From Dimorphilus gyrociliatus (Eukaryota; Animalia; Annelida), in NCBI GenBank assembly GCA_904063045.1, contig CAJFCJ010000079.1:1-52894 (forward strand): 52,894 nt of DNA. Direction: 5' to 3'. The first letter of the stretch is position 1. Each line of letters starts with the position of its first letter. The translations under genes and the position numbers were made by a program. Shown piece by piece: positions 37,969-47,343 of this stretch. The notes beneath the pieces were generated by a model, which had not been told where the DNA came from, ran no database searches, and worked only from the letters and a program-made list of their open reading frames with translations.

Positions 37969-38943
37969 GGCTGGAGTACCAATCTGTTCTACCCATTGGT
38001 GTGTGTCAAAAAAAAAAATTTAACCCTTGTAAAATGAATAATTTTTTGAATAATGAAACATTAAAAACCTTATTAAAGAGTTTATTGTCCCAAAATTCCC
38101 CAAGATATTGTGAATTATGTAATGGTAGTGTATCTATTACACTAAAAAACAACCTTAACTTTACATATAAGTGTAAAACACGTTCATGTAGGAAGGAAAA
38201 TGGTGTATTTAAAAATACTATTTTTTATAGAACAAATTACCTGCTGTTTTTTAAAGTAATATGGTTATGGTTGCGTAATTATAACATAGATCAAATCATA
38301 GAGATATCAGGTTCAAATAAAAAAACCATACATAAATTTATTAAGTTATTTCTACCTAAAATGGAAAAATTTTATCTAAAAGCATTTGGGAAGATTGGAG
38401 GTGAAGGTGTTGTAATTGAAGCTGACGAATCTAAATTTGGGAGAACTAAGTACAATGTAGGTAGGACTGTAGAAGGTGTATGGGTGGTTGGTTTAGTAGA
38501 AAAAACGGAGCAAAGAAAAATCATACTAGTTCCAGTAGTTAAAAGGGACAGTATCACTATGAACACAATATTTGATCCATATGTCAAATCAGGATCTGTT
38601 GTAAATACTGATCTTTGGAAAGGATACAGTAACACAAAGAAAATTACAAACATTATACTGTCAATCATAAGCAGAACTATAAAGATCCTATAACAGGAGC
38701 TCACACAAACACAATTGAGGGGAATTGGAGGACTATTAAAACTGAAGTACCTAATCATTGTAGAAAATTCACTGAGATTTTACCATATTATCAAAGTTTA
38801 TGATAAAAAGATGGTTTTCAGACAATTATTTCGAGGTTTTATTAAAATTTTTGATTTGTTAATTGTTTTTTTGTAAAAATAAACAAGGGTTAAATTTTTT
38901 TTTTGACACACACCAATGGGTAGAACAGATTGGTACTTTAGCC
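37969..38943 (+). mobile_element. Merlin DNA transposon with about 62-bp TIRs and one frameshift in the transposase
   Basis: TIR GGCT(GG/AA)AGTACCAATCTGTTCTACCCATTGGTGTGTGTCA(n)TTTAACCCTTG. The ORF from ATG 38034 has IGGEGVVIEADESKFG, WVVGLVE and NTDLWKGY, and shifts at about 38640 into HYTVNH...GAHTNTIEGNW. No clear 8-bp TSD. Confidence 0.92.
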
Positions 38944-39111
38944 AATTTTTTTATAAATACAAATATAGAATTTTGATAAAAACTAATTATAAAAAACAGA
39001 TAAAAGTTACTTTAAATTGCTTTATTTAAAAAGAAATTAATTATTTTCATGAATATAACTTTTTTTGAAAATTTGTATATTTTTTGATTTTATGTTTTTA
39101 TATTAAAACCA

Positions 39112-40140
39112 CTAAGTTAGCACCCGTTTTAAAAACAGGTGGTTCAAAATAATAAACGAATAAATAAACTATTAACTATATAAACAATTTTCTACTTTAT
39201 AATAACCCTTTGTAAACAACATTATCAATGTATACTTTCCCCTTTTCAATAAAAATTTTCAAATTATTGTCTTCTTTTACTCTAAAAAGAGCTACATATA
39301 ATTGACCATGTGCAAAAATAGGCTGTGGTAAATAAAGAACAACTTTATCAAATGACCGTCCTTGTGATACATAAAATGTAACTGGAAGAGCAAATTTTAT
39401 TAGAAACTGTCACCTTTTTAATACGAAAGTCAGCAGTGTTTCACTGGGTGCTATATCAATTCTTGATATAGCACAACACACAACCTTTATTATTACCTTT
39501 AAGTATTTCGTATTTAATTATATAGGCATGCATTTCCAGTATAACCATCCTGGTTCCATTAAAAAGTCTGTTTTTTGGATCTATATTTCTTAATAACATT
39601 ACGATAGATCCTACTTTAAGTCTTAATTCATGATATTTGGTTGTTGTTTGTTTAGAAATTCAGTGGTATAATTATTCTTTGAGTCTTCATCATCTGAAAC
39701 CACTGAATCAGAATTAAATAAACTCTTTCATCTTCACTAATTAAATTTGTTAAATCATTATTTATTTTATTTAAAAACTCGTTTTTGGTTGTCAAGATTA
39801 CGCTGTTGGCTATATCATTATTATCTATTCTATTATCAAATATTTGTTTTATTAAATTTTGATTTTCAATAATATATCTTTTTGGTACTTCTATGGAATT
39901 TGTTTTTCCATGTCCAACTTTCATTAACTACTTATTGAATTTATTATTATTGATAGCTCTCATGTTTTCCTTTAATTTAATAATACTAACATATTTTCAC
40001 AGAGGAAAACTTTTTATCAGGTTTTCAATTATATCATTTTTATTATCATTCACAACAACATTGTCAGTTTGTTTAAAATTACCACCGAGTAATACAGGTT
40101 TATTCCAAACAGCGGTAAGGATGAAAATTCCGAGACTTTT
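39112..40140 (-). mobile_element. Helitron remnant: PIF1-like helicase C-terminal half with a probable 3' end
   Basis: Degenerate motifs KPVLLGGNFKQ, KLKENMRA, ILTTKN, ELRLKVGSIVMLLRNIDP, NGTRMVI, QFLIKFA...SQGRSFDKVVLYLPQPIFAHGQ.YVAL. A hairpin at 39121-39141 is followed on the minus strand by CTAACTTAG|T. Confidence 0.8.
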
Positions 40141-40249
40141 GTAAAATTATTAAAAAATTCAAAAAAGGTCTAGAGGTTTTAAAAGTTAAAAAACTCTAAC
40201 TTTTATTTTTATCCTTCCATGCGCAATTTTGCTTGGTTTTTTATAAAAT

Positions 40250-41090
40250 AAAGTGTAATGAGCTAGTATCAAGTAGATGACTTATCCAACTATTTAATAA
40301 GTGAGAATATAATATCTCATCTTATTGTTGTTCGACTTGTGATTCTCCTGTTAAACTCAGAAAAGATAAATTTAAAGCCGGATGGTTTTTTCTATATACG
40401 TATTAGTTTTAAAAGAAATTTAGCTTTAAAAAAATCATATTTAATGATAAAATAAAATACAACTAACAGACCTTTTTAAAATTAATTATATGCTTTTTAC
40501 AAGAAATGAAAGACAGATATTGCTGAAAAGTCCCTAGGTATTAATAAAAAAATCTAATAAAATATATACTGTTCATAAGAAGGTCAATAAAAAAACATAT
40601 GGACCCTTTTCGAAAGATTAGGAGAATATGGTGAAGTAGAGATTGACGAAACACTAATTAGTAAAAGGAGTATAACAGAAGGAAGATAACTGAACAGAAA
40701 TGGCTTTGGGGAGCAATAGAGAGAAACACAGGCAACTTCTATTTAAAATAGGTTAAAATAGAACTCATCTTGTCTTAGAAATGTAATAAGGGACGCAATT
40801 AAAGAAGATTCCTTAGTTTTGAGTGACGAATGGCCCAGCTATATGCACTTTTTTGGAGGAATGACAGTTATTATCACGAAATGTTAACCACTATAGAGAG
40901 TTTGTCAATGCATTACTGGTGCTCGCACTCAAAACATTGAAAACTTGTGGTCTAGGTTAAAAAGACTTGAGGCCAGATACTTTCAAATAATTTAACCTTG
41001 AATTATACTTAGCGAGTTTTGTTTCAGATGTAAGAATAAAAAAAAAATTGAAGAATATTTATTCAAGTGTTAATTTTATTAAAAGCTTAG
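40250..41090 (+). mobile_element. Degenerate Merlin transposase (same subfamily as 49231-50224); ends not resolved
   Basis: Frame fragments EYGEVEIDETLISKR, QKWLWGAIERNTG, SLVLSDEWPSY, VNH and [16 protein letters not shown]. The N-terminal DDLSNYL...RKDK..DGFF matches DDLRYFL...RKDKHRSDGDF. Confidence 0.85.
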
Positions 41091-41846
41091 ATAATTAAAA
41101 TTTAAACTTTTAATAATTTTAAAAAATCCTGGAGTTTTACACCTCAATAAAAATTCATTATGATAAACAGATTGCTGCATATATTTTTATAAGTATTATA
41201 ATTATTGTATCTATTTTGATTTTTTAAATTCAAATTCTTAATCTTTTACTAATTTTAATCCTATTTCTAAATTACTTACATACCACACCTTTACATTATT
41301 ATCAGTTTTTTACTACATAAATAATTCCCACATAAACTCAAATATATTGTTAAAACTGCGTCTAAATATCCTAAAACACCTTCTATTATTATACTCTTTC
41401 TATTTATCAAATCTATGGTATCATCATTTAACAAATCAGGTACTTTCTAATAAGATTCGGAATTATTAAAAGTTAACCTAAAAATTCTTATTGTACGACT
41501 ACTTGAATAACTAAAGAAATAAGTAATTCTTGACTTTATTTGAAAAATAGAACCTTCTATGCTTTCATATAAAAAAATTAAAGGTCAGGAAAAGCTATAA
41601 TTTTTATAAGCCAGAACCCCCTAAGCATAAAAAGAACACTTTTCTATCTCTATTAACATTTATATTAATATTATGATCTGCTATTGTTAAATTCAATTTA
41701 AAGGTAAAAATTGTTCATTATTATTTTGTTGTTCATCAAATATTAATAAAAGATGAAGCAGTATTCTTCTCAGTTTTATATAATCTATTAAATTGTTTTG
41801 TTGATTTCTCTCCCTTTCTTTTTATTTTATTACTGGAAAGTTTTTT

Positions 41847-42831
41847 GCTAAAATTTGCTTTCAGAGCCCCTTAAAAATAAATATTAGGGAAAAATAAATA
41901 GACAGTTTCTTTTAAAATAAAGTTTTATTAATTTTTATCAGTGCAAAAACTTCCATAAACGGATTTTCTTTTTTTAGAAATAAATAATCTTTTATATGTT
42001 CACTTAAATTATTTTTTTATATTATTTCCTCTGTTTTTAAGTAGTGTATCAACCGCTTCTATTGTTTTTCTATATTTTAGTATGAACTTGTGGTATAATT
42101 TTATCTTTAAATGCATCTTTATGTTTTATCGTAAAATGTCCATACTCATATAATTTAATATCACAATATCCTTTCCATTCATCTGTAATGATTACAGAAT
42201 ATTCTTCTACATTTCTATTGATGATTTTTTGGAGTGTTTTTTATCTCTTCTCATTGCAACTTCAAAAAAGCATTCTTTTGTCGATCTACATAGTCCCCCA
42301 ACTACCCAAACTTGTTTATTACACCTTCCTATGTTGTACTTGCGTTTACTAACTGCACTTTCATCAATTTCCAGTACCTTTCCATCACCTCCTATTTTAG
42401 TCAAATGATCTATCCCGATTTTGCTATGAATCAAATCCAATCACTATTTTATAAGGCTTATAATTAACTCCATATTCACCGTTTATTCTACAGAAAGGTG
42501 TCTTAACAAACCATTCGTAGATTATAAAAATTATTTGTTTCAGAGATGCTTTAATATTTGCAAATACTGAACTTTTGTGTATAGAAATCTTTAACTTACC
42601 ACATTTATTAGACTTACACATTCAAATTAATTCATCAACATTGTGATGTGGTACTAAAAACATTCCTTTTCTGCATTTTTTACAAAAAGACTTTTTTTTC
42701 AAAACACCCAAATCACATAACCAAGAAAAAAAATAGCGCGGACAGATTATTTTCTCATGTAATTCTATTCTATTTACAACCATTGGGTCGATTTTACAGA
42801 ACTTTAAGGGGACCTGAAAGCAAATTTTACC
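41847..42831 (-). mobile_element. Merlin DNA transposon, 985 bp, disrupted transposase
   Basis: About 29-bp TIR G(C/G)TAAAATTTGCTTTCAG(AG/GT)CCCCTTAAA and 8-bp TSD AGTTTTTT (41839-41846 and 42832-42839). The ORF fragment reads KIGGDGKVLEIDESAVSKRKYNIGR..QVWVVGG, and the start is GACCCA-ATG at 42783. Confidence 0.92.
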
Positions 42832-42876
42832 AGTTTTTTTAATTAGAAAAGAAATTTTATAGAGACTTAAATGTAA

Positions 42877-44551
42877 GGCTGAGCATCAACTCGTCATATG
42901 ACGAGTTGAGGCAAACTCGTCAAAATCTCAAATAGGGGTTAAAATTCCTCAACTCGTCAAATGACGAGTTGAAAAAATAAATTTTTTAAAATTATAAAAA
43001 ATGTTTAAAAATTAAAAAATTTTAATTTTCTAATAACCAATTAATTGTACTTTCTAAAGCAATTAAAAATCCATTTTCTTGAAATAAATCATAGTTTTCC
43101 AAAATAGTCCTTAATTTTATTTCTTTCTTAAATTCACTATTAGGCAACTCCACAAACTTGCCAGAAATAGTTTGTATTATATTGAATCTTGCTCTTTCTT
43201 CTTCTTTACATAATATTTCCCAAAACCTTGCAATGTTTGGATGTGCTATCATGGACTCATGATTAATAACACGATGCCAGGCCTCGAGAATATTCGTAGT
43301 TCTGGGAAGATTATTAAGTATTCTTAGATGGCATGACCAAAATTCTATATTGTATACTGGGTAGATAAACTTTCTATCTTCAAAAAAACCTACAAAACTT
43401 TTTTCAAAATACTCCAAAAATTTCTTTATAGCTGCTTTATTGTCACTCGTCATTTCTAGTCTAAGTTTTATATAGCTAAATGCATCTAAAACTTCTTCTG
43501 TGGGATAAAAAGATAAATTTAATAGATTTCTAATGAGTTTCTTAAAATCATTATTACTTTTATAATTGGTTGTAAGACCAAATTTTTGAATGTTTTTCCA
43601 AACTAATTGCCCAAAGTGAAAGTTGCAGCCATATACAGATGCCAAGGGAAATACATCTTCCAGCGAATTTTTGAGCCCTTTTTCAAAATCTATAACAATG
43701 GTTTCGGGATCAAAACCAGCCTCTTCTTTTATTCTTTTAAATGCTGTATTATAACTGTTTTCTTTTTTATTCTTAAGTAGTAAAAAGCAAATAGGATAAA
43801 ATTTCCCAATTATTCGAGCATGTATTGTTACTAGCTGATAAACCCCGTTTGGAACAGATTTGAAGGTTCCATCAATCAAAAATATTCTAGATTTCAGCAT
43901 ATATGAACGTTGAAATGGAGATTGAAAAAGAACGATTCTATTTTCATCTTCAATACCAGTGTCAAATTGTAAAAAGCTATCCCCTCTTATATTTTTGTGT
44001 AAACTTTTAGGGAAATCAGGTATACTCGGCTTTAGGTTTTTAAATTTTTTATTTTTGATTCTATTGACAGAGTTTTTTAAACTTTTCTCTGTTGGCATAT
44101 GGGGAATTAAATTTAACTCCGTTTTCCCCATCATCTCGATCACCATATTAGAGGTTCTCTGGTGGGATATACTAGCAGTATTTATCAACTCCTGCTTTCT
44201 TATTAATACATCTGCTTTTATCTGATCAGGTCCATGACTATGATCAGTAACCTTGTCAATTTCTTTCTTGTTATTAAGGTGTATACGCCCCTTACACGTT
44301 CTATTTTGACATCTCCACCATTCTGTGTTCTCCTGTTTGTTTTGATTAAGATTATAAATATATCCCTGGTAAATTAATAAAGGTTTTCCTCTTTGACTTT
44401 TTACATAAATAATTTCTGACATTTAAGGTATAAAAAAATTTTAAAAAATTTATTTTTTCAACTCGTCATTTGACGAGTTGAGGAATTTTAACCCCTATTT
44501 GAAATTTTGACGAGTTGCCTCAACTCGTCATATGACGAGTTGAGGCGCACC
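42877..44551 (-). mobile_element. Mutator-like (MULE) DNA transposon with about 110-bp palindrome-rich TIRs
   Basis: Near-identical inverted ends at 42877-42985 and 44445-44551 contain TCAACTCGTCA(TA/AA)TGACGAGTTGA. The ORF is intact. No TSD recognised, so the ends are approximate to a few bp. Confidence 0.9.
43022..44422 (-). CDS. FLYWCH zinc finger plus MULE DDE transposase, 466 aa
   Basis: N-terminal SQRGKPLLIYQGYIY...WWRCQNRTCKGRI...HSH (FLYWCH). The MULE domain has IDGTFKSVP, YQLVTIH, PICFLLL.NK, IDFEKG, GCNFHFGQ and RTTNILEAWH. Confidence 0.93.
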   Translation of the reverse strand: MSEIIYVKSQRGKPLLIYQGYIYNLNQNKQENTEWWRCQNRTCKGRIHLNNKKEIDKVTDHSHGPDQIKADVLIRKQELINTASISHQRTSNMVIEMMGKTELNLIPHMPTEKSLKNSVNRIKNKKFKNLKPSIPDFPKSLHKNIRGDSFLQFDTGIEDENRIVLFQSPFQRSYMLKSRIFLIDGTFKSVPNGVYQLVTIHARIIGKFYPICFLLLKNKKENSYNTAFKRIKEEAGFDPETIVIDFEKGLKNSLEDVFPLASVYGCNFHFGQLVWKNIQKFGLTTNYKSNNDFKKLIRNLLNLSFYPTEEVLDAFSYIKLRLEMTSDNKAAIKKFLEYFEKSFVGFFEDRKFIYPVYNIEFWSCHLRILNNLPRTTNILEAWHRVINHESMIAHPNIARFWEILCKEEERARFNIIQTISGKFVELPNSEFKKEIKLRTILENYDLFQENGFLIALESTINWLLEN

Positions 44552-44999
44552 GGTAAACATTTTTTGTTAATACTCCACATTTGACGATAAGTATCTAAAT
44601 TTCATTATTAACTTATTTAAAGATTTTTTATCTAATTTTAAACTTCATTGCTAGGTTTGTTATTATTCATTTTTTACGATGTTCTATTAGTCAAGTGTTG
44701 TATCCTAACTTCATTTTATATAGGATATAATATTTACTAATTCTAATTTATATTTTATATATTGATTAAAATTTGCTTATGCTAAAATTATTTCTGATTC
44801 TCTAAATATCACCTATATAGAAGTGTTGAATTTTAGTTTATTTTTAATAAAGTTTAGTTTTTTATAATTTATATAACTGTTTTGTGAACTTAATATTTCA
44901 CTGCTATTATAGGCTTGATTCTATTATAGACATATTAGATAAGAATTAAATATCTCAGAAAGGTTATTTTTATTCGTTTATTTATAAAATGTTTATTTA

Positions 45000-46468
45000 C
45001 AGTCTGTAAAAAAAGTAAACAAGAAAAGTTTATTAAAAAATTCATGAAGACAACAATTTTATATTTACATAATATCTTAGAAAAAATAACAATAATCATG
45101 ATACTAACAAGTATGATTTTGAAAAATTATATGATCAGCTTACCCCCTTTTTATCTCAAGAAAACTTTTTGGACTGTAAAAAAATAGTGAACAGGATCAA
45201 AACTTTGAAATTTCCCTCCAATAAGGTATAAATTCGATCTAATTTAACCCTTTATGACTAGAAAAATCAATGAAGAAACAAAATGGAAAGCCATATTGCT
45301 CTATAAAGAAAATTTCAAATATCGAGAGATTAGTGATAAAACAGGACTAACTCTATCAATAGTCCACAGTATAATTAAAAAATATACTAATAATAATACT
45401 ATAGAACATTTAAGGGGAATGGTCGTCCATCTAAGTTATCTAACAGTATGAAACATCATTTATTAAACCTTAATAATGAAAACAGATTTTTATCAATAAG
45501 AAAGATAGCAGAAAAAATACAAATAGCATGTAATTCCGATATTTCACATGCATCTGTAAAGAATTACTTAAATAAAATGGACATAGAAGCCTTTATACCA
45601 TGTTCTAAGCCACTCTAACAACCAAGGCATATTGAAGTTAGATACGATGCAAGTAAGAGGTGGATAAAGATGCCAAAAAGCGCGCTAAAAACGATTATAT
45701 TCTCCAATGAATCAAAATTTAACCTTGCTAACAACGATGGAAGTCCAAAAGTATGGCGTACAAAATCTTCTAAACTTGATATTCAAAATATCAAGAAGAC
45801 TATAAAATTTGGAGATGGTTCTGTGATGGTTTGGGGTGTTTTTCATATAATAGTGTTGGAGAACTAAAATTTATAAAAATAAATATTAACATTCTACAAT
45901 ATTGTAGCATGCTATCTAGCTCTTTGCTTAATTATACTAAAAAATGGGTCTTAAAGAGTATATTTTTGTACAAGACAATGACCCAAAACATACAAGCAAG
46001 CTTGCAAAAGAATTTTTTTAGAAAATAATGTTAAAGTAGAACCTTGGCATGCTAATCACCAGACTGTAACCATATTGAATATCTGTGGGCAATTAGAAAG
46101 CGTAGAATATGGCAGAAAACATTCAAAAAAAATCCGACCTGAAAGAAGCTATAACTAAAGAATGGAATTCAATATCAATAGAGACATGTAGAAAACTAGC
46201 TTTAAACTTTAAAAAATCCGCTCTTATAATATATTGAGCAAAAGGCGGATATATTAATAAATAATTTTTCCTGTTCACTTTTTTTTTACAGTCCAAAAAG
46301 TTTTATTGAGATAAAAAGGATTTAAGCTGATCATATAATTTTTCAAAATAATATTTGTTAGTATCATGACCGTTGTTCATTTTTTTAAGATATTATGTAA
46401 ATATAAAATTGTTGTTTTCCTTAGTTTTCTAATAAATTTTTCTTGTTCACTTTTTTTTTAACAGATTG
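45000..46468 (+). mobile_element. Tc1-family IR/DR transposon, 1469 bp, degenerate transposase
   Basis: About 200-bp TIRs (45000-45195 and 46270-46468), each with outer and inner direct repeats CTGTAAAAAAA(A)GTGAACA, and TA flanks (44998-44999, 46469-46470). Fragments include IIFSNESKFN, KFGDGSVMVWG and FVQDNDPKHTSK. Confidence 0.93.
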
Positions 46469-47343
46469 TATAATATATAATATGTTATTTATACTAGAAT
46501 GTATGAGTTCTTTTGATAGATGAAAATTATCTATGTAGTATTTGGGCTATTGGAATTCTAAATCCTTATTATTTATAATGTTCCAAAGAGTGTAATTTTG
46601 ATAGATTTTAAATTCAAATTCAGTCATTTCTGTTATTTTCAAATTTCAAATTTTTTATAAATTTTTTATTATTATAAGAATAAAAAAATAACTATGCGAA
46701 CTTAAACAGTTTTTTTAAAAGTTATAAATTGAGAAAAATATATGTTTTCTGAAAAAATTTTGATAGGATTTATTTGTTAATGATATACCTTACATCTAAA
46801 GGAGGTTGTGGTACGTTTTTTTAAGAAAACTCCAACGGAAACAATTGTTATTATCAAAAATTGCGAAAAAATGACGTTTTATAAAAAAAGGAGGTTACTA
46901 TAACTCTAAGGTTTGATAAACTGAAAAAATTATAGTATTAGAATTTGATATGTAACCCCCTTGCGGTGGAACTTTTTTTTAAAAAAAGCTGAGAGGGTCA
47001 GATTTTTTTGCCAAGCACTACAACCGGTCTGAGTTAATTGGCTTTCGTACATTGTGATAGAAATGGTAAGTTGAAATTTATCAGGACTCAGATATATTTG
47101 GAGGACATATTTGTTCGTAAGAGTGTGAAAAAATTGACCATGTGTTTAGTTTCATCTGGTGATATCATCATTGTGATAGAAATAGTAACTTGAAATTTTA
47201 TTAAAGGTAATTAAGTAATTTAAATATTTAAATAGTGTAAACTGCTTAAAAGAATCCATAAATATTAAAAGCATGTAAAGTTACACAGTACATTTATATA
47301 TAATTATGTTTTTGAAAAACAAAAACTATTCTAAGCCTATATA

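Larger units (their letters stand above)
41160..46640 (-). pseudogene. Decayed gene of the unknown family, split into four pieces by Merlin, MULE and Tc1 insertions
   Basis: Host pieces 41160-41846, 42832-42876, 44552-44999 and 46469-46640 join up colinearly with 32900-34330. A residual frame reads NLKITEMTEFEFKIYQNYTLWNIINNKDLEFQ*PKYYIDNFHLSKELIHSS. Confidence 0.65.

Noticed and set aside
46888-46915. GGAGGTTACTATAACTCTAAGG resembles the LSU rRNA helix carrying the I-CeuI/I-PpoI site
   Set aside because: It is a short, gapped match with no surrounding rRNA similarity and is likely chance.
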